NCBI GenBank assembly: GCA_964456235.1
Contig: CAYWDX010000002.1
Span: 78,061-142,060, forward strand
Direction of reading: 5' to 3'
From: an uncultured Candidatus Saccharibacteria bacterium
GTDB taxonomy: Bacteria > Patescibacteriota > Minisyncoccia > UBA6257 > 2-01-FULL-56-20
Length of the DNA: 64,000 nt
The position numbers and the translations under genes are program-made. Below, piece after piece: positions 45,483-54,686 of this stretch. Within the stretch, counting starts at the first letter, position 1. Each line of letters opens with the position of its first letter. The notes below the pieces were generated by a model, which saw only the letters and a program-made list of their open reading frames with translations, was not told where the DNA came from and searched no databases.

Positions 45483-45510
45483 AGTATACGCCACCCGGCC
45501 AAAGCGTCAA
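45483..45510 (-). promoter_or_regulatory. mraZ promoter TTGACG-16-TATACT
   Basis: Minus strand ttgacg (plus 45505-45510) and tatact (plus 45483-45488), 16-nt spacer. Confidence 0.5.
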
Positions 45511-45565
45511 TTGTGAATAAATAGTGAAAATGCCCATTTTCATGGGTTTTAAAGGATTTGCAAGG

Positions 45566-45637
45566 TGGGTGTTGCAGGGATCGAACCTGCGACCTTTCCG
45601 ATGTGAACGGAACGCTCTACCACTGAGCTAAACACCC
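45566..45637 (-). tRNA. tRNA-Val (anticodon CAC)
   Basis: GGGTGTT-TA-GCTC-AGTGGTAGA-GAGC-G-TTCCG-TTCACAT-CGGAA-AGGTC-GCAGG-TTCGATC-CCTGC-AACACCC-A; all stems are Watson-Crick. Confidence 0.85.
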
Positions 45638-45766
45638 AAAGGCGAAAGCCATTTCGCTTTGGGGGACGGTGTTCCGGCCTGTCGGCCGGCTACCTCACTC
45701 TCGGCGCTCATCGCGCCTACGAGACGCCCCTCAAACCAAAATGGCTTTGTGCCTGTTGCTATTATA

Positions 45767-46141
45767 CTACTGGATTTCTACCGTCGCGCCGGCTGCTTCG
45801 AGTTTTTTCTTCATCTCGTCCGCCTCTTCTTTCTTTGCGCCTTCCTTGATTGGCTTCGGAGCATTGTCAACGAGATCCTTCGCCTCCTTCAAGCCGAGCG
45901 CCTGATTCACTTCGCGCACCGCCTTGATGACGGCGAGCTTGTTCGCGCCGCTCGATTTCAAGATGACGTTGTAGCTTGACTTCTCTTCAGCCGCAGGAGC
46001 GCCCGCTCCCACACCTCCCGCCGCGACCGGAGCCGCCGCCGAGATGCCAAATTTCTCTTCAAGTTTCTTCACGAGCTCCGCGAGCTCCATCGCCGAGAGC
46101 GATTCGATTTCTTTGATGAGATTGTCGTAATTTGCTGCCAT
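45767..46141 (-). CDS. rplL: 50S ribosomal protein L7/L12
   Basis: 124 aa; N-terminal dimerisation helix, Ala/Gly-rich hinge, C-terminal domain ...[20 protein letters not shown]... Confidence 0.95.
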   Translation of the reverse strand: MAANYDNLIKEIESLSAMELAELVKKLEEKFGISAAAPVAAGGVGAGAPAAEEKSSYNVILKSSGANKLAVIKAVREVNQALGLKEAKDLVDNAPKPIKEGAKKEEADEMKKKLEAAGATVEIQ

Positions 46142-46182
46142 ACTGTTTTCTTAATAATTTGTGCTTGCGTTAGCTCGACCTT

Positions 46183-46704
46183 TTATTGGGACTGTTTGGA
46201 TTTCTGGTCCAATACATACAAGAACGAACGGATGGGGGCCGCGATCATGCCCATGAGCTGGGCGAGCAGCACCTCGCGCGCCGGGAGCTTGCCGATCATG
46301 ACGAGCGTCGCGGCGTCCATCGGCTGCTTCGCTTTCATGTCGTAACCGCCAAGGAGATGCGAGGTCCACATATTTTTGTCGCCGCCCTCCGGCACCTCAA
46401 GCCCCGAAAAGAATTTGAACGCCGAAGCGGCCGCGGGCTCGGGCCCTTTTTCCGAAAAAATCGTACCGATCGAAACTTTGTGGTTCGAAAGGCCGGCATC
46501 GATCCTCTGCTCTTTAAATAAGATGCCGAGGAGGCGCTTCTTGATCACGAGGAGGTTCGCGCCGCCCTTTTTGAGTTCCATGCGAAGCCTGCGCACGTCT
46601 TCGGCTGCAATTTTTGTAAAATCCGCAAATACAAGCGCCGTGCTCTTCGCGAGCATGTCCTTTGCCTTTGCAAGTTCAGTCTGCTTTTGAGCTTTGGTTT
46701 TCAT
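46183..46704 (-). CDS. rplJ: 50S ribosomal protein L10
   Basis: 173 aa; MKTKAQKQTELAKAKDMLAKSTALVFADFTKIAAEDVRRLRMEL... Confidence 0.9.
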   Translation of the reverse strand: MKTKAQKQTELAKAKDMLAKSTALVFADFTKIAAEDVRRLRMELKKGGANLLVIKKRLLGILFKEQRIDAGLSNHKVSIGTIFSEKGPEPAAASAFKFFSGLEVPEGGDKNMWTSHLLGGYDMKAKQPMDAATLVMIGKLPAREVLLAQLMGMIAAPIRSFLYVLDQKSKQSQ

Positions 46705-46855
46705 TTTTATTTCATTAAATTTTCCTTAAACCTTCCTGCCGTCTTAGTAACTTAGTAAATAAAAAACGGCCAAATCCAAAGCCGTTCGAGTGTTCCTCGG
46801 CAGGCCTTATTCCCTCGGTATGTTATCGGAGTGGGACGCCCGCTGTCTTTGGAGT
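46705..46855 (-). promoter_or_regulatory. Ribosomal protein L10 leader (autoregulatory 5' UTR with attenuator hairpin)
   Basis: The transcript begins after the TTGACC-16-TATACT promoter (plus 46862-46889). It contains the hairpin AACGGCUUUGGAUUUGGCCGUU followed by U6AUUU (plus 46755-46784), about 60 nt before the rplJ ATG, and the purine-rich GGCAGGAAGG. The position and architecture fit the L10 leader family. Confidence 0.45.
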
Positions 46856-46931
46856 AGATGCAGTATAGCTGACTAGAGAAAAAGGTCAAGTCCCCCAAAT
46901 ATCCACCCGGCTTTTCATTTTCCCTTCATTT

Positions 46932-46940
46932 TGGTATACT
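46932..46940 (+). promoter_or_regulatory. Extended -10 promoter TGGTATACT for the GC-rich orphan gene
   Basis: tg 46932-46933, tatact 46935-46940; it is divergent from the rplJ promoter. Confidence 0.4.
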
Positions 46941-47028
46941 GATGGGTAGAGTGTTTTGTGGGGTCGTTTTTATTTTCAGCCACCGGCCACACAGAACATC
47001 ACTTAAAAATAAAAACGAGAGGCTCCAC

Positions 47029-47640
47029 GTGAGGAATGCAACCCAAGCAGTTCCTTCCGCAATGCGCCCCATCCTGCCATTCCTGATGGCAGATGGCAAC
47101 GAAAAACCACATCGTCAACTCCACCTCGCCGGCATCGTTCCCCTTCGTCGTATCGGAACCGACGGCGCGAACCCCAAGGATCGTCTCGCCCTCGTCCTCG
47201 ATGGATACAGCCCGAACCTGCGCATCATCACCCGCAGCATGTCGGTCGACCAGTTGAACAACCTGGCTGCGATCATGGTTGATGAGATCATCAACCGGGA
47301 TCCGCAGTTCAGCGGTTTCGAGCTGATGACCACCGGCATGGCTTCTCTCGGGCCGCCCGCGAGCTGCAAGAGCTCGGAGCTCCAGAACATCGTGATCGAG
47401 ATCGCGAACGGGGATCTTCGCAAGGATGAGGCGTCTGCGTACAACGCCGGCGACCGCAAGCGGCGCCAGGCGATCGGCATCAAGATCGCCATGGGGATCG
47501 AGCACGCCAAGACCTGCCTGCATTGCAAGATCATCATGCAGGCGGATCCTCACCGCAACCGGCGCACCAAGCTCACGCTTTCCCGAATCATTCAGCCGCA
47601 TCTCGCGGCTCTCACCACCTCTCGTGGCGGCCGCGCATAA
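47029..47640 (+). CDS. Hypothetical protein, GC-rich orphan (no recognised domain)
   Basis: GTG start at 47029 with GAGAGG SD 7 nt upstream (the ORF track starts at 46942, which overlaps the -10). Product VRNATQAVPSAMRPILPFLMADGNEK.... Long antisense ORFs (46999-47601, 47115-47537) reflect the high G+C. Confidence 0.45.
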   Translation: MRNATQAVPSAMRPILPFLMADGNEKPHRQLHLAGIVPLRRIGTDGANPKDRLALVLDGYSPNLRIITRSMSVDQLNNLAAIMVDEIINRDPQFSGFELMTTGMASLGPPASCKSSELQNIVIEIANGDLRKDEASAYNAGDRKRRQAIGIKIAMGIEHAKTCLHCKIIMQADPHRNRRTKLTLSRIIQPHLAALTTSRGGRA

Positions 47641-47693
47641 ACAGCCGCGCGTAAGCCGCGTCGCCGATCATGTTTGTCAGTTTTTCAGTTTTG

Positions 47694-47730
47694 GGGCGCC
47701 CCCGGACCTGTTGTCCCTGGGGCGCTTTTT
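47694..47730 (+). terminator. Intrinsic terminator after the GC-rich orphan gene
   Basis: GCGCCCC...GGGGCGC stem (47694-47726), then TTTTTTG. Confidence 0.45.
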
Positions 47731-47739
47731 TGTTATAAG
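47731..47739 (+). promoter_or_regulatory. Extended -10 promoter TGTTATAAG positioned to start transcription at the tRNA-Ser 5' end
   Basis: tg 47731-47732, tataag 47734-47739; the tRNA begins at 47749. Confidence 0.45.
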
Positions 47740-47748
47740 TAGGGCGAA

Positions 47749-47835
47749 GGAGGGTTGGCAGAGTGGTCTAACGCGCCGCACTCGAAATGCGGTTGGGGAG
47801 AAATCCCCTCAGAGGTTCGAATCCTCTACCCTCCG
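47749..47835 (+). tRNA. tRNA-Ser (anticodon CGA), type II with long variable arm
   Basis: Acceptor GGAGGGT/ACCCTCC, anticodon stem CCGCA/TGCGG with loop CTCGAAA (CGA), variable arm TTGGGGAGAAATCCCCTCA, T-arm GAGGTTCGAATCCTC, discriminator G. Confidence 0.85.
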
Positions 47836-47849
47836 CAGCAATACACTTC

Positions 47850-48215
47850 TTATTGTTTGTGTTCTTTATAAAAGAAATACAGAGCAAGCGGTGCTCCCCA
47901 GTTTGCAAAGCGTTCGACGAAGTCGAGCCAACCGACGCCGACGATCGGACGGACAAGCGCGGTCCAAAAACCCCAGAATGTCGCCCACAAGAGAACGACA
48001 CCCACGGGCCTGAAGAGCACGATCGCCGCGACCACTAAGTCCGAAATGCCGATGAGTAGCAAAAGTGTAGTTGCAGTTCCCGCATCCACATGAATCAGTT
48101 GGCTGATCCATTTGATCCAGTCGGCCTTGCCGCCGATCGCGAGAAGTCCGTGACCCAGGAACTCCCCGGCCACCCCGACCCGCAACGCCCATTCGAGTTT
48201 TTTATTGTTTGACAT
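47850..48215 (-). CDS. Small membrane protein (DoxX-like, tentative)
   Basis: 121 aa, 3-4 TM (LGHGLLAIGGKADWIKWISQ...LLLLIGISDLVVAAIVLF...). Confidence 0.4.
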   Translation of the reverse strand: MSNNKKLEWALRVGVAGEFLGHGLLAIGGKADWIKWISQLIHVDAGTATTLLLLIGISDLVVAAIVLFRPVGVVLLWATFWGFWTALVRPIVGVGWLDFVERFANWGAPLALYFFYKEHKQ

Positions 48216-48257
48216 TGTTTTTATTATACCACACTGACCAAGGCATCTTCATTTATC

Positions 48258-48266
48258 TGATATACT
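48258..48266 (+). promoter_or_regulatory. Extended -10 promoter TGATATACT ending 6 nt before the htrA ATG (leaderless or near-leaderless)
   Basis: tgatatact 48258-48266; ATG at 48273. Confidence 0.4.
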
Positions 48267-48272
48267 TCTCCT

Positions 48273-49379
48273 ATGGACGACGAACGCGTCATTAAAGTGA
48301 TTCGCAAGGCGATGCCCGCGGTGGTTTCGATCGTTATTTCGAAACATCTCGCCGATCTTGAAAAAGAATTGCCGCACGAACTCTATCCGTTTATCCCGAG
48401 TGCACAGGGTGCGAATGGCGGCGCGGCAGGAATGGGAGCTGGTGCTCGCGGGAGCAATGCGAAAAACAAAAAGGGTGTGCACTTGCCAAAAACTATCGCT
48501 GATCGAAATGGGATGGTGCAGGTGGGTGGCGGGTCGGGGTTCATTGTTGATTCTGACGGACTCATCCTCACGAACAAGCACGTGATGAGCGACCGCGCGG
48601 CTGAATACACCGTCATCTTGAATGACGGCCGCCGCTTTGCGGCAGAAATTTTGAGCCGCGATCCGATCAACGACGTAGCAATTTTGAAAATTCCCGCGCG
48701 CGGCCTCCCCTGCCTCAAGCTCGGCGACACCGCGAAGCTCGAGCTCGGCCAAAGTTTGATCGCGATCGGCAATGCACTCGGCATTTTCCAAAACACGGTC
48801 TCGCTCGGCATCGTCTCAGGACTTTCTCGCGCAATCAGCGCGCAGGCGGATCCCGACGCGCCCGTCCAGGAAATGCGCGGCCTCATTCAAACCGACGCCG
48901 CGATCAACCCGGGCAACTCCGGCGGGCCGCTCGTCGATAAAGACGGACTCGTCGTTGGCATCAACGCGGCGATTGTTTCAGGTGCGCAGAGTATCGGCTT
49001 TGCGATTCCGGTGAGCGCCGCGCGGCGCGACCTTGAAGACATCCGCAAATTCGGCCGCATCCGCCGTCCGCTCCTCGGCGTACGCTACGTGATGATCGAC
49101 GAAGATTTGAGTGCGAAAATGAAATTGCCCGTTGAGTACGGCGCGCTCGTGATGCGCGAAACCAACCACGACTACGCGGTGGTTCCGGAAAGCCCAGCCG
49201 AGAATGCGGGCTTGCGCGAAAAAGATATTATTTTGACGTTGAACGGGAAGCGGCTGGACCGGGAGTGCCCCATTCAGGATTGTCTTGAAAATCTTGATGT
49301 TGGCGACACGGTTAATCTTTCAATCTTGCGGAAAGGAAAAGCAATGAACGTGATGGTAAAACTTTCAGAGCGGCTTTAG
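48273..49379 (+). CDS. HtrA/DegP-family serine protease (trypsin-like domain + PDZ)
   Basis: 368 aa; catalytic triad context HVMSD...D..., GNSGGPLVDKDGLVVGIN, C-terminal PDZ domain. Confidence 0.85.
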   Translation: MDDERVIKVIRKAMPAVVSIVISKHLADLEKELPHELYPFIPSAQGANGGAAGMGAGARGSNAKNKKGVHLPKTIADRNGMVQVGGGSGFIVDSDGLILTNKHVMSDRAAEYTVILNDGRRFAAEILSRDPINDVAILKIPARGLPCLKLGDTAKLELGQSLIAIGNALGIFQNTVSLGIVSGLSRAISAQADPDAPVQEMRGLIQTDAAINPGNSGGPLVDKDGLVVGINAAIVSGAQSIGFAIPVSAARRDLEDIRKFGRIRRPLLGVRYVMIDEDLSAKMKLPVEYGALVMRETNHDYAVVPESPAENAGLREKDIILTLNGKRLDRECPIQDCLENLDVGDTVNLSILRKGKAMNVMVKLSERL

Positions 49380-49416
49380 ACGCATCGCGCGGGATGCGGT
49401 CGTTTTTAATGAAATT

Positions 49417-50373
49417 TTAATAAGTATAGAGGTCCACCAGCCGCCCACCATGGTCAAGTAACTCGACCGTATCGTGGAACGGATCGAGGGGCGACGATCC
49501 CATCCAAGCCCACACCTGATTCGAAAGAAAGTCTGGATTCGCCACATTTGCGTCGTAACATGACCGGTAGTTGAAATGATTGGCGAGGTATTCGCGACAA
49601 GAATAATCGCTTGGGACGCGCGGATCGTTCAGGTTCGGCACCTGGCAGCCACCCAGCGAATCGACGTAGCTTTGGCACGCGCCGCCAAATGATACGCCGA
49701 CGGATCGGTCAATCGAGGGACAGGTTGTCGGCAACGCAGGGCTGAACTGCGTCTTGTTCGGCAAGTAACCGATGCATTGATTGAGGCGCAAATTGACCGG
49801 CGCTTGCGATGTGTAAAGGTACAACGTGTCTCCGCCCTTCAGCTGGATATCGCTCGCAGCGTTCAGGCCAAGTGGGTCGTAAAAGGTAACGGCTTTCGGA
49901 ATGAACTCTCCGCCGTGGTTTGCCTTGATCTGCCACCCGGTCACGTCTACCCCCGTGCCCGGCTCGCTCCCGCCGCGAGCGTTATACGACGCGGAAAGCG
50001 AAATCTGCCCGGAATAGCCGCCGTAGTTGCCGAGCGGATTACTGGGCGACACGCCCGCAAAACGAACTTGATGGAAATAGGGCGAGAGGTCGTTTAGCGT
50101 GAAACCGCGCGGGATGTCTGACGAACTTATAACGCTCCCTCCGCCTACCCCGCCCGACCCACCCGACCCGTTACCATAACCACCTTGCGCCGCCGGCGGA
50201 TTTTGTGAATACGGGAATTGCAAAGAAAAGGGCGACGATGTTCCCGATAGGTGAAGAGGTCCAAAGCCCTTGAGTGAGTCGAGGCCCTGCTGCGCCAATC
50301 CAGAATTGAAAAGATACACAATCCCACCGAGGACAAGAACGAGAAGTAGGATCGCGCCAATTTTTCCTCCCAT
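49417..50373 (-). CDS. Secreted/TM-anchored hypothetical protein with Gly-rich N-terminal region and Cys-rich C-terminal domain
   Basis: 318 aa; N-terminal TM MGGKIGAILLLVLVLGGIVYLF, a GGYGNGSGGSGGVGGG tract, and 8 Cys in the C-terminal third. Confidence 0.45.
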   Translation of the reverse strand: MGGKIGAILLLVLVLGGIVYLFNSGLAQQGLDSLKGFGPLHLSGTSSPFSLQFPYSQNPPAAQGGYGNGSGGSGGVGGGSVISSSDIPRGFTLNDLSPYFHQVRFAGVSPSNPLGNYGGYSGQISLSASYNARGGSEPGTGVDVTGWQIKANHGGEFIPKAVTFYDPLGLNAASDIQLKGGDTLYLYTSQAPVNLRLNQCIGYLPNKTQFSPALPTTCPSIDRSVGVSFGGACQSYVDSLGGCQVPNLNDPRVPSDYSCREYLANHFNYRSCYDANVANPDFLSNQVWAWMGSSPLDPFHDTVELLDHGGRLVDLYTY

Positions 50374-50403
50374 AGTAATTATTAAAACTTCATTAAGCAG
50401 CTT

Positions 50404-52830
50404 TTAAGCAACGATGTTGATAAGTTTTTTTGGTACGTAGATAACGTTCTGCAGGGGCGCGCCGGCGATCGCGGCCTGGACCTTCGCGCTCTGAAGCGCT
50501 TTTTCTTTTGCCGCGCCCTCGCTGATCGACGCCTCGACTTCAATCGTATCACGGACCTTGCCGTTCACCTGGACGACCAGCATGAACGTGTTTTCCGCGA
50601 TGAGCGCAGAATCAAACGCGGGCCAGGTTTCGAAATCAACATAGGTCGCGTTTCCGGCGCGATCCCATAGTTCTTGGGCGAGATGCGGTGCGAAGGGGTG
50701 GAGAATTTTGAGCAGTATTTCGAACTCGGCGCGGGCAAACGCCGGCGCGCCCTCGATCTCGTTCAATAAAATCATGAGCGCCGAAATTGCGGTGTTGAAT
50801 TTAAACTGCTCGATGTCCTCCCCCACTTTTTTCACAGTTTTGTGAAGCAGGGCGGTGAGTTTGGGATCACTCGGGTCTTGCGCTGAAGCGTCGCCGATTG
50901 CCGCAAGCACGGCCTCGCCATATTTCCAAATGCGCGCAAGAAAACGGTTTATACCCAAAATGCTTTTCGGATCCCATGGCGCGCCATCCTCAAACGGCCC
51001 CATGAACATTTCGTACATGCGGACCGTGTCGGCACCAAACTGCGCGACGAGCTCGTCGGGATTCACCACGTTGCCACGGCTCTTCGACATCTTTTGGCCG
51101 TCCGCACCGCGGATCAAACCTTGGTGGCGGAGTTTAATAAAAGGTTCATTAAAATTTATTAAATGTTCGTCGTGCAAAAACTTGGTGATGAAACGCGAGT
51201 AGAGCAAGTGCAGCACGGTATGCTCTGCCCCGATCACATAGAGATCAACCGGCAACCAGCGTTTTGTTTTTTCTGGATCAAAGATGGCGTTCGCATTTTT
51301 CGGATCGGCGTAGCGCAGATAGTACCACGATGAATCGACGAAGGTGTCGAGCGTCTCGGGGTCGCGGCGCGCATCCTTGCCACACTGCGGGCATTTCACA
51401 TTTATAAAATCCGGAGCGCTGGCAAGCGGCGGGATCCCCTGCGGCCGATAGTTTTCCAAGTTGGGCAGGAGAACCGGCAATGCGGCATCTGGCACGGGCA
51501 CGATGCCGCACGCATCGCAATGGATCATGGGGATGGGCACGCCCCAATAGCGCTGGCGTGAAACAGACCAGTCGCGGATCTTATATCGCGTTTTCATTTC
51601 GCCGCCCACGGACTTCGTGATTTCTGCTTTCGCCTTCTCCGCGTCCGTGCCATCAAATTTTCCCGAACTTACCAATACGCCGTCTTTTACCACTTCAACC
51701 ACTTTCAAATTAAATTTCTGCGCAAATTCCATGTCGCGCTCATCATGCGCGGGAACACCCATAATCGCCCCGGTCCCGTATGAGCCGAGCACGTAATCCG
51801 CAACCCATATCGGAACCTCCTCGCCGTTCGCAGGATTGATTGCGGCAACTCCTTTCAATGGGACGCCAGTTTTTTCTTTCGCCGATTCCTGGCGCATGAG
51901 ATCAGTTTTGTGGGATGTGGCCGTCACATAACTCCGCACCTCATCTTTATTCTCGAGCACATCATGCTGGCCATCGATCGCGAGCGTGACCCAGGGATGC
52001 TCCGGCGCGAGCACGAGATAGGTAGCGCCAAACAAGGTATCGGGACGAGTTGTGAAAACTTTTAACGCGGCGCGCTCACCATTCGGGCCACGATTGTCAT
52101 TGGCCTTTGGATCTTTTTTGAAATTAAGCAGAAATGAAATTTCGGCACCTTCTGATTTGCCGATCCAATCTTCCTGCCGCTTCACCGTCGCCGCCGGCCA
52201 GTCGAGACCCTTCAGGTCAGCGAGTAAGCGGTCGGCATATTGCGTGATCTTGAAAAACCACTGCTCCATCGCCCGCTCTTCAATCACGCTACCGCACCGC
52301 TCGCACGTGCCATCAACGACTTGTTCGTTCGCAAGAACGGTTTGATCCTTGGGGCACCAATTCACTTTCGCCGCGGCGCGATACGCAAGGCCCTTTTTGA
52401 AAAGTTGTATGAAGAGCCACTGCGTCCACTTATAATATTCGGGCGAAGAGGTATCAATTTCGCGATCCCAGTCATATGAAAACCCGAACATGCGCACTTG
52501 TCGGCGGAAGTTGTCGGTGTTTTCCCGCGTCACCTCGCGCGGACTGCGGCCAACTTTGATCGCATAATTTTCGGTCGGCAAACCGAATGCATCCCATCCG
52601 ATCGTGTAAAGGACTTCGCGCCCGCGCATGCGCATGTAGCGCGCGTGGATATCCTCCGCGGTATAGCCCTTCGGGTGGCCGATGTGCAGACCCTCGCCGG
52701 ATGGATACGGAAAAGTTTCTAACTGATAATATTTTTTCTTGGGCGATTCGTCGTGAGCGCGAAAGGCCTTCTCGTCAATCCACTTTTTTTGCCATTTTGC
52801 CTCGATGTTTTGCGGCTCGTAGGGGGACAT
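50404..52830 (-). CDS. leuS: Leucyl-tRNA synthetase
   Basis: 808 aa; HIGH (PYPSGEGLHIGHPKGY), editing CP1 domain, KMSKS (KMSKSRGN). Confidence 0.95.
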   Translation of the reverse strand: MSPYEPQNIEAKWQKKWIDEKAFRAHDESPKKKYYQLETFPYPSGEGLHIGHPKGYTAEDIHARYMRMRGREVLYTIGWDAFGLPTENYAIKVGRSPREVTRENTDNFRRQVRMFGFSYDWDREIDTSSPEYYKWTQWLFIQLFKKGLAYRAAAKVNWCPKDQTVLANEQVVDGTCERCGSVIEERAMEQWFFKITQYADRLLADLKGLDWPAATVKRQEDWIGKSEGAEISFLLNFKKDPKANDNRGPNGERAALKVFTTRPDTLFGATYLVLAPEHPWVTLAIDGQHDVLENKDEVRSYVTATSHKTDLMRQESAKEKTGVPLKGVAAINPANGEEVPIWVADYVLGSYGTGAIMGVPAHDERDMEFAQKFNLKVVEVVKDGVLVSSGKFDGTDAEKAKAEITKSVGGEMKTRYKIRDWSVSRQRYWGVPIPMIHCDACGIVPVPDAALPVLLPNLENYRPQGIPPLASAPDFINVKCPQCGKDARRDPETLDTFVDSSWYYLRYADPKNANAIFDPEKTKRWLPVDLYVIGAEHTVLHLLYSRFITKFLHDEHLINFNEPFIKLRHQGLIRGADGQKMSKSRGNVVNPDELVAQFGADTVRMYEMFMGPFEDGAPWDPKSILGINRFLARIWKYGEAVLAAIGDASAQDPSDPKLTALLHKTVKKVGEDIEQFKFNTAISALMILLNEIEGAPAFARAEFEILLKILHPFAPHLAQELWDRAGNATYVDFETWPAFDSALIAENTFMLVVQVNGKVRDTIEVEASISEGAAKEKALQSAKVQAAIAGAPLQNVIYVPKKLINIVA

Positions 52831-52872
52831 GGATAGTTCCCATTGTAAACCCGCGGCGCCGATTTCTCAACG

Positions 52873-53319
52873 CTAGATTGAGGTCACCTGGGTCTCGATG
52901 CCAAGCTTCGCCTTGGCGAGAAAACGAGACATTTTACTCGTACCGGGAGCCATCCTCAAAATATTTTCTTTCCGATTTTCTTGCTGCTGCGCACTGGTCA
53001 ACGCGGTGAGCATATCTTCTTTAAGCGGCGCCGGCTTTTCCCGTTTAGGATCGAGTATAGTTCCGTCCCTACATTTTCCGACAAACTCATTAACGATGCC
53101 ATCCATTTCTCGGTCCGTGGGATTATCAGACAAACCCTCTAACTGCTCACCATATTGAACTCCAACGATCGCTAAGAACTGGCGCGCATTAAAATCCGGA
53201 TTCGATGGTCCTTTTTTCCTTTCAACCGGTTGCTCAATGGGCTTGGAAACCGGCTCCGGACTCGATTCAGGAATGTTCGGCCGCTGTTCAGATAATCGCT
53301 CGAACGGATTGGTTGCCAT
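52873..53319 (-). CDS. Hypothetical protein (charged, low-complexity)
   Basis: 148 aa; no recognisable domain. It is co-oriented and tightly spaced between tatD and leuS. Confidence 0.4.
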   Translation of the reverse strand: MATNPFERLSEQRPNIPESSPEPVSKPIEQPVERKKGPSNPDFNARQFLAIVGVQYGEQLEGLSDNPTDREMDGIVNEFVGKCRDGTILDPKREKPAPLKEDMLTALTSAQQQENRKENILRMAPGTSKMSRFLAKAKLGIETQVTSI

Positions 53320-53326
53320 GTCCCTA

Positions 53327-54202
53327 TTATATCAGCTTTATTTTAAAAACTCTTTCGGCGTTTTTGAGGATCTGCGCAGCCATCGCAGCAGCCTCCATCC
53401 CTTTCAATTCGGCGAGGCGCTTGACCACTTCGGGAATGTACGCCGGCTCGTTACGCTTCCCACGATAGGCAGCCGGGGCCACATAAGGCGCGTCAGTTTC
53501 CGAAAGAATATTTTCTGGCGGAATCATTTTGATCACGTCATCGTAGGCGCTTTCGGCCTGGCCTTTGCGTGGCGCGAATGTGACTGCTCCGCCAAAGGTG
53601 AATGAGAAACCGAGGTCGAGCAACGCATGGGCGTCCTCCTTGGTGCCGGTAAAAAAATGGATGACGCCGGGATTTTCGGGCAAGAGCAGCGCGCGGTGTT
53701 CGCGAAGCATCGCGATCATATCAGCAAACGCCTCACGACAATGGATCATGAGGGGCTTTTTTACTTCGTTCACAAGCTTGATCTGCGCGAGAAACGCTGC
53801 TTTTTGTTTCTCGATTTGCGCCTCGCGGGGCTCATCATCATCAAAATGGAAATAATCAAGGCCACACTCCCCGATCGCTACGGTCTTTGGATGGAGCGCG
53901 AGGGTGCGGTAAATTTCTGGGTCAAAAATTTCGCCGCGCGAAGTGAACGCTTTCGCAACTTCCCCGCCACCCAGCTCATTCGCATCGTGATATGAGCGCG
54001 AGGTGTGGATCGGATGGAGCGCAACCGCGGCATACAGGCCTTCGTGCCGTTCGGCGAGCGCAACCGCGGCGGCCGACATGTCTTTTTGGGTTCCGACATT
54101 GATCATCGCGACACCGGCCTCTTGGGCGCGCTGGATCACCGCTTCACGATCGGCGTCATAGGCAGAAAATTGGACGTGTGCGTGCGCGTCGAAAAATTTC
54201 AT
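53327..54202 (-). CDS. tatD: TatD-family metal-dependent hydrolase (DNase)
   Basis: 291 aa; MKFFDAHAHVQF..., ...IGECGLDY..., ...HCREAF are TatD motifs. Confidence 0.85.
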   Translation of the reverse strand: MKFFDAHAHVQFSAYDADREAVIQRAQEAGVAMINVGTQKDMSAAAVALAERHEGLYAAVALHPIHTSRSYHDANELGGGEVAKAFTSRGEIFDPEIYRTLALHPKTVAIGECGLDYFHFDDDEPREAQIEKQKAAFLAQIKLVNEVKKPLMIHCREAFADMIAMLREHRALLLPENPGVIHFFTGTKEDAHALLDLGFSFTFGGAVTFAPRKGQAESAYDDVIKMIPPENILSETDAPYVAPAAYRGKRNEPAYIPEVVKRLAELKGMEAAAMAAQILKNAERVFKIKLI

Positions 54203-54672
54203 TTTCCAAACTTCTTAACCGGCGGGACTCTGTTTATAAAGTCCTGTTCTTCGGTTTTCTTTTCTTCGAGAAGCCGCAACGCTTTCGCCAGAGTATCATT
54301 TCGAGCATAAACATTTTTATCCCAAAAATAACGAAGGAGTTCGACGAGGTCAGCAATGTTCACACGGCTCCCATGGAAACGGCTTTCCGGGCGGATTTCG
54401 TGTATCAGCTTATCGATCTCCTTTTGGTCGGTGAGATTTTCGATCGTGGTCTCAACCGTCATATAGTCTGGGTAACCCTTATAGTAGAGAAAATCACTGA
54501 GAAATGCGGCCAGGCTCGTCATTTTCCTAATATCATGCTTCAGCTTAGCTATATATTCATCGCCGATGGTCTTGAGATCAGCATTCACCCTAAGATCTCC
54601 AGGCTCCCCATGGAGCTTTGTGAGCTCTTCCCTGAATGTATCTCCTTCTTTTCCACCTTCCTTAAATGGCAT
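54199..54672 (-). CDS. Hypothetical protein inserted between metG and tatD
   Basis: 157 aa; no recognisable domain. 4-nt overlap with tatD, 14 nt after metG. Confidence 0.45.
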   Translation of the reverse strand: MPFKEGGKEGDTFREELTKLHGEPGDLRVNADLKTIGDEYIAKLKHDIRKMTSLAAFLSDFLYYKGYPDYMTVETTIENLTDQKEIDKLIHEIRPESRFHGSRVNIADLVELLRYFWDKNVYARNDTLAKALRLLEEKKTEEQDFINRVPPVKKFGK

Positions 54673-54686
54673 GGCGATTTCGAGTT

